A stretch of DNA of 64,000 bases from Eledone cirrhosa (GCA_964016885.1 OZ024742.1:304668001-304732000), one strand, 5' to 3'; shown: positions 44,582-59,028, counted from the first letter of the stretch. Notes: generated by a model not told the origin, from the sequence alone. Numbers and translations: made by a program.

Positions 44582-45764
44582 TTGTTACATAATAAGGTTA
44601 TGTTTCCAAGGCAATCCAAATTGGATCGACATGGGAACGGATGAATTGCGTGTTTTGGGGTTTTTCATCCGCTTCCTTGTGAGTACCAATTCACCCCCAC
44701 CGGCCTGCGCAAGCGCATGTCCGAAGGAAGTTGACCATTACCCACCGCAGATTTCAACGAAATTTGCTTAGTCAGTTCACCCTATCAGCCAAAACAATGG
44801 CCCACCAATGCCTGTACCATATTTTACTGCTACCCATCACGGCTGTGGCAGTCAGCCGAGAGCCAGAGGGGATGGGAGAGTGTTAGTTTTTACAGGTCAT
44901 AATACTACCCCTCACTAAGCGTTGATGGTACGACTGACCATCACCTTATAAGGGATAATAAACTTAATTCTAGGTATCATGGTTTTACGTTGGAAGTTAA
45001 GAGTGAGAGTTGGAAATAAAAATTAAAATCCTAAATCAAATATCAGAAATTATAAATTAAACAATTAAGAAATTAGCAATTAGAAATTAAAGAATTTAAA
45101 AAAAATCCTTTTCAGGTGATAATTCGGATTGAGGTGAGTAAAAATATAAACTAAAGTGAGTAAATAATATGGAGAGAGATGTTTAAGTAATATGTTCTGA
45201 GAGGGATTCTAGTGTCACAGTTACTCTATGCACATATTGAATGACAGTGCCGTACATTATAACTACAGGGCTCCAAGCATTAGTGAATCTGGTACACAGT
45301 CCTAATTTCCATCACATGGAACAAAATCAAAGAAAAACAGACATAAAGTACACAAAAGAAAAGAACCGAACCAATAGTGAATAAATGCAAAAACACGGAG
45401 TACATATATGCTAAATAATACATATGATTGTCCATCTGTCCATGTATAGATTGAATTGAGGGGGCCTCTGTTCAAATGCGATTTGGTGCAGGAAAATAAG
45501 GGTTTATCCTATTATTTGTTTCCGCGTATTTATCCTGCCGAAAGTTACTATTATGTCCGTCCAGTGTAAGGGATTTACATCCCCATGGTAGAGGGAATGT
45601 CCGGGGTAGCTTATGGTTGGTTCCTCTCTTCTCCACCATATCGGTTACATCGTAAAACGCTCAACTAATTGGAGCGGATGAAAAACCCCAAAACACGCAA
45701 TTCATCCGTTCCCATGTCGATCCAATTTCGATTGCCTCGGAAACATAACCTTATTATGTAACAA

Positions 45765-45838
45765 GCTGTCTGATGATGACACGACACTCGCACACAGAAG
45801 AGTGTGGCCAGTGTCGTCACTGAAATATATATCACAGC
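45765..45838 (+). ncRNA. Type I hammerhead ribozyme
   Basis: gctgt|CTGATGA|tgac-acgacact...agtgtcgt-cact|GAAA|tatata|TC|acagc: stem I gctgt/acagc, palindromic stem III, AUC site. Confidence 0.8.
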
Positions 45839-45963
45839 ATTATTATTAAAGGACTTGAACATCTGAAACTACTTCGCTTTTCCTTATTCGATATTTACTC
45901 CGTCACTCCTATGTGGAAAAAGTACGTTGAGTGCTTGAATTGAATTGCATCAATGTTTACCCT

Positions 45964-46039
<76 letters not shown>

Positions 46040-46062
46040 GTATATATATATATATATAAATA

Positions 46063-46163
<101 letters not shown>

Positions 46164-47714
46164 GTATATATATATATATGTCGCTATACGTATATAAGTA
46201 TGTGTATGTATGTGTGTGTAGACCCTTGTGTGCAGATGTCTGATACAACCTATTTAAAATGTTTTGTTCAATTCCATCTGTTATTTATTATTTATATTGT
46301 TTGTATTCCTTTGATTTCTCTTTATATTTCCTTCTTCCTATTGCCTTCCATCTTTGTTTCTGTTACTACTACTACTACTCCTACTATTTATCGGGTTTAG
46401 AAGGCTACATAGTTTTTGTGAAGGGATGGGGTAGGTGCTTATATGAACCAGGTTTTTGACTGACAAATTATTTTACCGATGCCTGAAGGATGAAAATCAA
46501 AGTTGATCTCGGCGAAATTTGATCTCTGAATTTGAAGCGTGTATAACTAAATACCATAACACTTTATGCCTGGCACTCTCCCGTTTCTGAACATACATTG
46601 CTTCTTATCAAAAACAAAATAATACAATTACATCAAAAAATAAAATAATATATAAAAAAAGATTATGTGAGTGAAATAAATTTTGTACCTTGTTCCTGGC
46701 ATATCAGTTTTGTATGCTCACATTTATGGCTTCCTGACGGAATCGAAACTGGTTTCGAGAATAATAACAATAATACGTTTTCTTACTCTGTTGTTAACAC
46801 TACTTTGCCTGCTGATTCCTATGCTGTTGATAATGATGCTAGAGTCAGACCCCTCGTCTCTCATTAATTTTCAGCACACCGATTTTATCTGAAGAAAAAT
46901 CCCCACCTCTATATGTTGTTCTTGATTCCTGCAGCATACAATTTCTTGATTTCTGCAAATACTTTCTTTCTAATTTCATTAGTGTTAGAGCCTTAATTAC
47001 TATCGCCATTTTATCACGTGCACGCAGGCACACACATGTGCTCACATGCAATCACATAAACATATATTAATACTTACAGTCTCATATACATTCACACATA
47101 CACGCTTACTTTATTTTAATTTTATATGCTATTGCTTTCGATTGTTAACGACATCAGTAGGTGGAAATAATCATCTACTCTTCTGCAATTCCCATTTAAG
47201 GGAATATGTGACGTTCATACATTTACCAGCATTGTTACTACCAGAAGACAAGTGTAACTGTTCCTACCTACAGACAGTAAAATAATTTCGAGTTCAAGAA
47301 TCAACCGATTGTTCCTTCCAAAACGCATACCACATCTATATAAATATGGCTTCCCTTTTTCTCCTCACAAGTAACTGTAGATTCTGATAAAAGACGTTGA
47401 GACAGGACTTTTACCTTTTTACCGAAAATTTATACTGAAATTTAAGTGATGTTACTCAGAGATTAAAATATCAAGCTGGAATCTTTTTGTCAGCACCACT
47501 TCATTTAGCATCCCACCAATTGTATGAAAGAGGAAATTATGATTAGGATTGTCGTTGGACAAAATCTCTATCATGTCCGCAGTAAGAAAGTACAGTGAAA
47601 TGTTATCATGTTCCTTTCACTTTCTGCTCCCAAATTCCTGATATTCATTAGGGAGATGTAGTGACATTCGACGTTTTTTGTTTATTTCAAACATGGCGAA
47701 GCCCATATCTTCTC

Positions 47715-47900
47715 AAAATATGGCCAAATTCTTCCAGAGAAGGAATAGGAGTGGTGGAGAAGAATCGATCTCAGTACTGGATTTGTACTTTATTTATCGA
47801 CCTAAAATGGATGAAAGGCTAACTTGACCTCGGCGTGATTTGAATGCAGAGCGCAAAAAAAACGGACCGAATTATTCGGCAAAGTATTCACCCAATACGT
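47715..47900 (-). mobile_element. SINE family A, degenerate
   Basis: gtactttatttatcgacctaaaatggatgaaaggctaacttgacctcggcgtgatttgaa. Similar relics at ~17470-17600, ~25540-25710, ~30650-30790, ~46440-46590 and ~53290-53480. Confidence 0.7.
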
Positions 47901-48390
47901 CGCCTTGCATTCATACTAGTTTATATAAAAGGATATGTAGCATTTTCAACTTAAAATCAAATTATCTGAAAAAAAAAGAAGGGAAATGCCATACATAGAA
48001 TCATTTAAGGATTTTCAGGATTTTCATATGTGGTTTTATAGAGGTTAGTTATTGGAACTAGTAACTGATATAGGTTGTAGACCATATTTCGCTCCAGTGT
48101 CATGACATGACAGCTCGACCCGCTAGAAATAGAAGATGAATATCTCTGAAACGAAAGTCTTAAGGGAAAGCTACACCAGATACAATATAGTCGTAAGGAC
48201 TTTGCCGGGAACTAAGGTTAACACAAACAGTCACTCACAATCTGCCTAGCTACAAGCAACACAACTCCAGGCATACATACAGTTTCGTTTCCATTTATAC
48301 ACAAATCCAGAATGTATACACGCACGCGTAGACTTACACACACATATACATTTGGATATATGTATATATAATTATATATGTTATGTGCAT

Positions 48391-48461
<71 letters not shown>

Positions 48462-48589
48462 TAAATCCACCAATTAATGGTAGGGTCTAAAACGTATGAA
48501 GAACTCAATGTAATCTGTATGTAGATGTCGTGAAGCAAAGTTTAAAATACAACATTTTCAATTATATAATTCATTGGATACAGTCAAAA

Positions 48590-48921
48590 ATACAAATAGT
48601 AAAACAATGAAATTAAACAAAAAACGGTTAATTCATAGTAAAACTCATTATTTTACGATCGTTTCTGAGGTGTAGTTCCCCGTATGTCCATTCTATTATT
48701 GATCTATGTAAAATATATTACAAAATAACATTATTCCTGAAGACGACGTGTAATGAAGACGTATGTATATTTTCTTACTATGATATTTTGTAATATATTT
48801 TACATAGATCAATAATAGAATGGACATACGGGGAACTACCCCTCAGAAACGATCGTAAAATAATGAGTGTTACTATGAATTAACCGTTTTTTGTTTAATT
48901 TCATTGTTTTACTATTTGTAT
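48590..48921 (+). mobile_element. Fold-back element with ~142-bp inverted arms, 48-nt spacer and degenerate hammerhead
   Basis: Arms 48590-48731 and 48780-48921 (about 3 mismatches). cattattc|CTGAAGA (48737)...GAAAC-GATC-GTA|aaataatg (48846-48865). Ends at (TA)n. Confidence 0.75.
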
Positions 48922-48948
48922 ATATATATATATATATATACTTACATA

Positions 48949-48982
<34 letters not shown>

Positions 48983-50844
48983 CATACATATATGTGTGTG
49001 TGTGGTGTGTGTGTGTGTGTGTGTGTGTGTGATCCTGAAGGCACTTCTTGTTTATTGAACCGCCCAATATTCTGACGGTTATATCATACTCCCTATGCAT
49101 GAAATTCCCAATAGATAATATATATTCGTACATATCTGTTTTCCATAATAGCCGTTATGTATGTATGAATAAATATGTGGAGGAAGAGATACATGTGCGT
49201 ATGTGTGTATGCGTGTATATATGATGTTAGAAGATTTCATCTCTACCATATTCGTTCGTTTGGTCCCCATCCACGAATCCCCTAGTGTACGAAATATATG
49301 GATGTGAATTGAATATGAAAATATTACTGCGTGAAGGAAGTCTTCTATTTCACTGGATTTACCTGCAGTTTAATGGGTTTTTCCACATCCTCCTGCAGTT
49401 AACTTTACATTTTCTATGTGATAAGCATCACGGTGTTTATCAGTTTACGTGGAAATTGTTGATATGTGTATATCACTTAATGTGAGCACATAATTCATAA
49501 CTATGTGTGCATGAGGCGGTGGGGTGAGATATGATTATAGATGTTAGTTTGGGCACGACCGTGAACCCATCGGTCGTAGAACCAGATATTGACTGAGTGA
49601 GTTTAATTTTGTATTCAACCATGTCGCTTAGGTATGTATGTTCATACTTTAGGAATATATATATATATATATATATAAGTAGTTCCACAGCAGTTAGTTC
49701 ATTATACCGAGAACAATTATTTCACCTTATTCGGATCCTTATATATAAACACAAATCCGAAAGAGACAGAGAATGGATAGATACAACATGCTTGTATGGG
49801 TGTCCTTTTGAGTGCATTTTCGCCCATTTATCATTCCTCTTAATTCCTATATAGTACATACATTTATTTCTTTATTTATGTATTATTCAGTCTATTCTAT
49901 GAAAGTCTTGTTATATTTAAAATTTGATAAACCTATCTATATATTTTGGACATTAGAATATCACCTAATCCAGTATGCCATGTTTACCTCTTTCATTCTA
50001 GCCTTTCTTTTTAATGTTGTTCTTTTTATTCATCTACTTTTGCATATTCTTCTTCTCTTTCTCCTTTTATTCTATTTTCTTTTCATTTGTATCTAATGCA
50101 CTTGGTCACACACAGTTTCAATTCATCTCTTGTTTTCTTACAGCAAATATTACAGATTTATGAACAGCCAATAATTTTTCTGAGAAGGTTTACCACCTCC
50201 TCTGTTCCTCAACCTTTTTCTTTCACTCTATACTTTCCATTTTCTCACTCTATATATCTATTAATCGATTCATATCTATATATGACTCTCTTTGGGACAG
50301 CCATTCTTTCCGTTATCTCCTCCTTCTCCAGCTGTATAGCAGCCCTATCTACATAACCACCACTACCAACATCTTCTACAACACCCTAACGAATAAAAAT
50401 CCAGGGATATAATATAATATCCATATCAATAGAGACAACAGTCAATACGTACATAAAGATATAGTTGCCCCAGTTTACAGGCGTGGAAATATCGCTGATT
50501 ATCACAATATTTAGTAGAATAAATAGGCTGAATCTAGAACAAGACAAAGAACATATCTTCTCTTATGATAATAAGGAGAGATTGTGAACAGAGATAGGAA
50601 AAGACCGATATTTTAGAATCGAAAAGCAACATAGCAATAAAAATTGGTTGGGGAGGGGGGTGGGGTGACAAACAAGGGAGACTTTATGTTTTATTGTTTT
50701 TTTTTAGTTCCAGCTCAGCTCTGCTCGAGCATAACTATTATGTCTCAGTTGTTTCTGTTTAGTTTCAGCTCAGGTTGATCGAGCCTAGTTATGAACAAAC
50801 ATGTATTCAAGCCGTCTCTAGTTCATTTTGTTGTATGTTATCAA

Positions 50845-51241
50845 GTGGTAGATGATCGGATGCCATGCTTTGCAGTAGAGAGTTACGGCCCATTATCATC
50901 TGAGTTTAAATCCGACCGAGGCTTACTTTGCCTTTCATCCTTACGGGGTCGATAAAATAAAGTACCAGTAATGCAATGGGATAATTGCTGGCCTTGTGCA
51001 AAAGTAGAAACAATTATTTATAGCGACATTGGCGGTGGATAGGCAGAATCGGTGGACCGTGAGACAACATTATTTGCGGCATAGTTTCGGCACTCTATAT
51101 TATGAGTTCAAATCCAGCCAAGGTTAGCTTTACCTTTCATCCTTACGGGATCGACAAAATAAAACACCAGTAATGCACTGGGGGTGATTTAATCGACATT
51201 CCTCTCCCCCTCAAAATGTTGGTATTGTGCCTACATCAGAA
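50845..51241 (+). mobile_element. Tandem pair of SINE family A copies in sense orientation
   Basis: The second copy starts ggcggtggataggcagaatcgg (A-box-like), then gagttcaaatcc (B-box) and core cctttcatccttacgggatcgacaaaataaa. A further relic lies at ~51430-51590. Confidence 0.85.
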
Positions 51242-54200
51242 CTCCGTATTTATATTTAACAGTCTACAATATTAAATACTCTACGATGTCATTTAAGACA
51301 ATTTAACTAGTATTTTTAGCAGATCGAATTACTGCCGATTTTTTTCTTTCGTTGGCGCTTTCAGTTTTGTATTACATTCATGTCTGTGTCGTTAGTGAGC
51401 CGTATGTCATATATAGCAGTGTAACGTTACAGCCATACACGCTCTGGGTTCAAATCACCCCGAAATCTACTTTGACTTTCATTCTTCTGGAATCGACAAA
51501 ATAAAGAAACATTGAAGTACATGCTCTGTATAATCAACTTTTCCTTCCTGCTAAAATTGCTGGCCCACTGCTGAAATTAGACACCATTATATAAATATGT
51601 ATTAATATGTGCGTGCATAATATGTGTTGGTGTGTGAGTATATTTCGATTGTGTGTGGCCATGTTTGTGTGTATGTGTGTAAACGCGCCCGTATATTTCT
51701 ATTTCGGTGATTTAATTGTAGGTTGTTGGAGGGTGTGTATCCATGAATGTGTGTGGGAGTTCAATCAAGATAGATGGAAGAGTGTTTGCGTGTGAAACAG
51801 TTTTCGCTTTCTTCATTATTATTTTTATTGTTATTTTAATCATTATTTTTGATTTTCATTAATCAGTTGTTTAGGAGTGGGTTGGGCAGGTAGTACTCTT
51901 GTTTTTTATGTGATACAGTGTTTGTGGAAAACTGCGAAAAGGTTACGCTGACCCTGCAATTAAGCCAGGAACGGTAGAAAGTAAGTTTATCTATCGATTT
52001 AATTTTTCTAAAATTATTTTTCCAAACAATATGGAGAATAGTAAGCAACCATACATATATTTTTTTTAATAATTAAATTAATTATTTCTTACATTGGCAT
52101 AAGGAAGATATTGGCATAAAGGCGTGTATTAAGGTAGAATACAATAGATTAGGTATGTTTCAATAATTGTGATATTCACTGTACAAGGATGAACGGTGAT
52201 GACCAACAAAGCGTGATTTTTATCTGAAATGGTATATAGAATGTTATCAAATACTGCAAGGTGTGATATTATTCCCTCTGTTAACAATGACTTTTTATAT
52301 TTTTAATATTTCTGTTATTTGCCACTCATACAAACAAGGGCGTGTTAAACATAGTAGTTATAATCGTGTGGTGATATAACCTTAGTTATTTAACAGGGTA
52401 TATGTATTTTGTGTGGGGTGTCATGACTAGTTTAGGATTGGTGTATTTGTTGTTGGGTATGGTTGTATCGGGTAAAACAATATATATTACATCATGCTTC
52501 TGTTACTCACTGGATTAAGATCCGCGTTGCAAAATCTCTGACACGAGGGATTTTTTCTTGTATGGTTTTAATTCTGTTTCTCAGTGTAATTCGATGTTCA
52601 ATTATGTGTTAGGCTGTTTTAGGTTTATTGTATGTGGAAGGTTGTGTAAATATATATCATAAAGGCGATGGGTGGGGCAAACGCCATACAATATATTAAA
52701 ATATTCACAAGTTATTTATATGCATTAATATATAAATATATAAAATTCGATCAATTCATACAAATGAAACACTAAAAGCTACAAATGAATTGAACCTACG
52801 CTCGAGTGGAAACCTGTCAACTTGATTGCTGCAGGCCATATATATGGCTCGGAAAAGATATTAGAATTAAGGTCTTCTATTCCTGGTGTGTCTGTGAACA
52901 TTTTGAGTGTTTGACGCGGCTCAATTCCAGGTAGTTTTAAATGTAGCACTTGTCAGAGAGCAAATTTGAATCTTAACTCTCCTCATTCATGGCATTGACC
53001 CCTCCCCGACAACATTGTTCAGGTCATTCAGATTTTCCAAACATTTTGCTAGGCAATTGTAGGACTGTGAACTTAATGTCTTTCCAGGGAGGGACACAGT
53101 TGCCTTCATAGAACTTTAATTGTAGCATGCTTTTCTATCGCTATTTTTTTTTCTTCTCCTCTACGCTTTGCCATGCTCCTTTTCAAGACTCCTTTTATTT
53201 ATCATTGTAAGCATATGATGAAATGATAACCATGGTAAAGGTATCGTTAGATTTTGAGACTCAGGTTATAACGATAATGATTTCCTTATATTAAGAGAAG
53301 TACAGGAATTTGAGGGGAAGGTGTTGTCGATTAGATTGACCCCAGTATTTGACTGGTAATGTATTTATCAACCCCAGAAAAATGAGAGGCAAAGTTGAGG
53401 TAAGTGGAAATGATTTTGAGAAAATAAAGAACCGGAACAGATCCCGCAAGGAATTTTGTCTTCTCCTCTAATGAATTTACTAATCGCGTGGTATATGGTC
53501 GTGCCAATTATAATCAGTGCACTTTAGTGATACTAATATAACAACATTAATTTAAGCAAAATAACTCGACAGGGCTCATACTTTAATAAACGAACGTGAA
53601 AATTGCCTTTACTCCATAGAGCAGATACCCGATTCATTTTACTAATATAATTCACATAGGACAATACCTCAGGCAATCAAATTTCAATACTATTGAAGCT
53701 TTCACAAGAAAGACGAGGTACACTAAAATAGTACAAGAAACAATAAAACAAAAAGCCAGCCACACAATAAAATAATTAAATATAACACAACACAAACGTT
53801 TACTGAATATATATATTCAGTGTGTAACAAAAGTAATACTTAAAAAATAGTGCGAAGAATAATTACATAAAACAACAAATAAATAAATGAATAACTAAAT
53901 GTATTACTGACAAATCAGAACTTGTATACAATAAAGGGTAATGCAGTTCTGGGACCCAATTAAAGGCAAAACGTCTCGGTTCGTGCAAGCACCTATATCA
54001 GTGTGAAAATAATTAGTTTGTCTCAGAACGCAAACGAACTTGATTCTCGTTGCAAATGGTTTTGCATCAATCTGATTTCAGTTACCAAAGAAGGTCACTT
54101 GGGACAGTGGAAACAGTTGAAATCGACTGTATCAACGATACCATCATGTAACATGATATAACACTTGCAATGATAATTCTGTAGCAATTGTGATTGGGGG

Positions 54201-54366
54201 TTGTTGGCAATGGTGGTGGTGGTGTGATCGTGGTCAGCAGAATGTTGCGGTTGATAGTGGTGATAGAAGTGAGTGAGAAAGATATGTAGAGCCTGTTTGG
54301 ATGTATATGTGTGCGTGTACGCACACATATACACACACAAACATTCGTGTCTGTATCCATATATAT

Positions 54367-54397
<31 letters not shown>

Positions 54398-54474
54398 CAT
54401 ATATCTATACATATATATATATATATATACATATATCTATACATATATATATATATATACATATACATATATCT

Positions 54475-54519
<45 letters not shown>

Positions 54520-56692
54520 GAGAGACTGAGATGGGAGGGATGAAGATGAGGGTGAAATAGATGAGAAAGTAAAGTCTGGTACAATATATAGTTGCTTGCC
54601 AAATAAGTTGCATTTCGATGGCCGGACGAAGGAGAGCCAGTGAGATGCTACTGATTATAATGATAATGAAATGTGCTGTGTCTGGTGCTGCTGTTGGTGG
54701 TGTTGGCTCTAATTCTGGGGAAGAGAATGAGAGCTGGGATGCTAAAACAAATGATAAACAAATAAAACAAAATCACAGCTTCCTGTGCAGTCAATGGAAC
54801 TAGGCACGCATGCCTGGCCAAACACTGTCACACAATATGTGAGCGCCGATTCTAACCCGTTAGAATATTTCAGATCGAAGATCGAGGCACACAACGCTGC
54901 CTCATGGACGTGTCATGCTGTGTTCGTTCGTGCATTTCATAATGTATGTGTAGATGTGTGTGGGTGCGTGTGTGTGTGTCTGTCTGGATGATATATGTGT
55001 GATTATACATAAATACGTATTAAGTGTTTGTGTAACTGAGAGAATAACAGTATTTTTATGTGTATGAGTGTTGGTGTGTGTGCATGTTTGTGCGGTTGTG
55101 TGTTAGTTCTTGTATATTTGAGGAAATACGATATTGCTTGTAGATTTATCATTTACATGTTCTCTCACACGGACTCAAATACAAGACTCACAATCGTGCT
55201 TTCAACTCTCAGTGAGTTTTGCTAGGGACTATTACATTGAATACTGTAAGCCAAGCATTACAACTCAGTATGGAATATTTTGTATCTCTTTCAGAATTTT
55301 AAATGATCTTAATCAAGAGTAATTAATTAATTTATTATTTATTTTCCTGAATTTTCACAAATTTTGAATTTTTGAATTCTCAGTCGTATTTTTACTTCTT
55401 TCCCTCTCTCTTTCTTTCTCCCTTTCTTTTTTATTTATTCATTCATTTATGTAAAAAGAAAAACTGGCAAAAAACAATGTCACATTCCAAAGTTAGACGT
55501 CAAAATGTTTGTAGTACATTGGTTTTTATTATTTTTTTGTTCGTGTTTAGTCAGTTTTTCTTAATTTTTAATTCCCTTACCACTGCAAAAATATTCTGAA
55601 TTTTAAACATTTCCCTTCTTTCTAATTATTAAATTTACATACGTCAGCATTTTCTTTTTACTGTTTTCATGTTAAGAGATTTAACTGTGCAATTCTTACG
55701 AACATCTAACATTTTGTTATGGAAAAAAATCAAAAAAAATCTCATATAATTTAGATTACTTTGATATTTCCATTCGGAGAACAATATGTTGTGTGCTAAT
55801 GTGTGTTTTAGCTTAAGGAGAAAGTATGTAGCACACCAATGTGGCAATTATCAAATGTAGAATTGCAGTACAATGCAAAACTTAATGTTGAACTAAATTT
55901 TTTGTGGCTAATCCACCGATGTACAAGCTACAAATATTTAAGACGCTGAACAATTTCTCAAGCAAAATTTTACATATGGAAATAAAAGGCATATATACAT
56001 TGCCGAATTTATGACAGATGAGAAATAAATATTGATGTTTGGGCGGCAATGCTGCAAATGAAAGATTCCTTGTCATGACATGTGATCGCAAGAGGGAAGC
56101 TAGCCAGCAACGCTCTAAATATGAATTGGCATGCCCTGGTATATTCGTGCATGTAGAATGTATGCAAGAAGAATTATCTTCGCTATCGAGAAGTAGCAAT
56201 CGTAGTTTTAACATCGGGGAACTTTCAGCTAGACACGCCTTGCAGTTTTTGCAACCATTGACAAACTATGTCGGATACTCACACATATCAATTTATGATT
56301 AAATCATCGAATAATTCCTCATAAATATATACTGTACACTACGCATTGAGTACTCTTACATTTTACATGCACACATTGACGTATATACATCCATATTTAC
56401 GCACATTCACACACACACAAATACACATATATATTCCTACTATTAATTCTTCAGTATTTTCCTGTTTGTTGGAAATCATGAGGACTGACGAAATTTTGAA
56501 GAATAAGAGAAAGGTGTTGTTAAATATTCACAGATGGTTGGGACGAAATCATCATTGACACTGATCTTTTAGCAAATTCAATTATTTTTTCAAAAAATTT
56601 CAAAACAGACGTTAATGTAGCTACGAGTATTATTTTACAAAAAATTATTAAATGTTTATGTCGAAAGGCTAATCGTTATATTCTTTCCCTAT

Positions 56693-56755
<63 letters not shown>

Positions 56756-56758
<3 letters not shown>

Positions 56759-57280
56759 CAGGTTTAGCAAATAATGAAAAAGTTTCAAAATAAATTTTAA
56801 AAAATTGACTTTACTTACTATAGTTACCTTTACCGAATCGGTTTCGAATCTCAAAAATAAACGGAGAGCATATGGCCTTCGTTGCAAAGAAAGATTCTCG
56901 TCAGAAGGTTCTTGTCATTCGAAGAATATAAAATTCTTGAATTTAAATTACGAACAAGCGCTATCCAAAACTGTTCCCGAGATGAGAGTAAATGAAGTGG
57001 AATCAATTTTTTCAAGGGCCGAAGTAAAGATAGAGGCAGAGGGAGGGAGGTCAAACGGCCACCACTATCACTAGAAGCAGTCGGAACGACCAAATTTTTT
57101 TCTGAACATAGAGGAGAATAGTAATAATAGGATATGTGTTCCTACACGCACAAAGCGCTAAGGGACACATATATTGTCCAACCATATGCCAATGTGGTTC
57201 AATGGCAGGTTAATAAATTAACGAGCCAGAACATATATAATCAGGTTTAGCAAATAATGAAAAAGTTTCAAAATAAATTT

Positions 57281-57284
<4 letters not shown>
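56756..57284 (-). mobile_element. Retrozyme-like or PLE pLTR insert with ~46-bp direct terminal repeats (period 483 bp) in (TA)n
   Basis: aatcaggtttagcaaataatgaaaaagtttcaaaataaattttaaa at 56756-56801 and 57239-57284; internal hammerhead; minus-strand peptide LSSREQFWIALVRNLNSR resembles the GIY-YIG C-terminal RE..WI...LN motif. Confidence 0.8.
56826..56909 (-). ncRNA. Canonical type I hammerhead ribozyme
   Basis: Minus strand: acctt|CTGACGA|gaatct-(40 nt)-agattc|GAAA|ccgattcgg|TA|aaggt. All three stems pair and the site is GUA. Confidence 0.85.
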
Positions 57285-57357
<73 letters not shown>

Positions 57358-58485
57358 GGCGTTATATGCATAAAATATAGTGTCTAACTTGATAGGAATA
57401 CTTGTATTTATAGAAAAAAGCATGATACTTAAAAAAAAGTTCCCAATTCACAAATGTAGGGATTTGTATAAAATGTGTGAGATGAGTGGAAAAGAGCGTG
57501 ATGGTAAATATAACAGAGACTGCAGGATTTGAAACTTATATGTGATGCTATAGTGACTTTACAAACAATGTTGATGGTGATGAGAGAATCATTTGTGAGC
57601 CAAACGCCAGGCATTGTAGAGAAAATTGAATTGATTTTTCTATGCATCCCAGCGTCAAAGGCCACGAAGTATTAGATAACTAGTAAGAGTCTTCTCCATT
57701 ATCTCAGAAAAAAAAACCGTTACAAACCCAATTCTGCCTAGCACATGGGCTTTAATCTGATATGCCTGATATAATATTGGCATAGAAGCTTCTGAAAATT
57801 GATTTCCACACGCCAAAGAGGAGAAAACCTATTTTCTATTTATGCTTTCAGCCAAGCAAATGGCTTTGATCTCCTAAACATCTTAAACAGACGAACATTT
57901 TAAAACAACTGAAGTGAGAAAGGAAGTGAAAGAAAGAAAATTGCATGTTTAAAACAATACAATATGAAAACAAAAGAATAGACAGGAAAAATAATTCATT
58001 CAAAGATTAATAAATTCGTTCATGTTTTTATTGGCTTTACTATTGTTGTCGTTGTTCTTATCGATATGAATGTTGCATTGAATGACAATACTTTTGCTGT
58101 ATTCCTACTAAATTTGGCTAACCGACTAGAAGATGTTGATGGAAGAACAGTGGGTGCCAATGAGAACGGAAGTAGAATGCAGTCTATGTTAAGTGTTGCA
58201 ATTTACGATAGCTCTATAACACTCAACTAGATATCTTTAGCGCTAAAACAAAAATGTATTTGCGATGTGGTTAAACCGACAAAGCATTAAGTAAATTTAC
58301 TATACATAATGTAGTCGAAATTGGTGGTCACAGTGAGACGCATATTACAGATTTGGAAGAAATTACTGGAACACACAACATACACTCATACAAAGCCTGA
58401 TATACATACACCCGCCCACTAACCCCACGCACATATAATCATATTGCATAGGAGTCTATTTGAATGTGTGTTTGTGTGCTATTAC

Positions 58486-58565
<80 letters not shown>

Positions 58566-58839
58566 ATACTTTTATTTATGTGCAATTATATTTACCTTTT
58601 ATATATATGCATACATAGACACACATACACAAACACATATATATATATATATATATATTCTATATATATATATATATATAATATATATATGTATATACAT
58701 ATATAATATATATATATATATTATATATATATATATGTATATATAATATATATATGTATGCATATATAATATATATATATGTGTATATATATATATGTAT
58801 ATATATATATGTATATATATATATGTATATATATATATG

Positions 58840-58870
<31 letters not shown>

Positions 58871-58983
58871 TTATATGTATATATATATATATTTATATAT
58901 ATACATATATATATATATACATATATATATATATTTATATATATACATATATATATATTTATATATATACATATATATATATT

Positions 58984-59028
<45 letters not shown>

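Larger units (their letters stand above)
44457..45965 (+). mobile_element. Non-coding PLE-like element with 217-bp inverted arms, each carrying a hammerhead, and a ~75-nt tail, in (TA)n
   Basis: 44457-44673 is the reverse complement of 45673-45889 with a few mismatches; tail 45890-45965; (TA)n on both sides. Confidence 0.85.

Noticed and set aside
44484-45862. Two near-identical ORFs starting [10 protein letters not shown] on opposite strands
   Set aside because: They are the antisense reading of the hammerhead-containing inverted arms, not a duplicated gene.
49258-49280. tttggtcccc resembling the start of miR-133; also taatctcagct at 33001 resembling miR-216
   Set aside because: The matches end after about 10 nt and I saw no precursor hairpin.
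51031-51120. A-box and B-box-like motifs as a tRNA gene
   Set aside because: No cloverleaf; it continues into the SINE core and occurs in many decayed copies.
55880-56302. Non-repetitive ORFs of 87-110 aa
   Set aside because: No recognisable motif or splice structure; possibly an old TE relic, but I cannot support a call.
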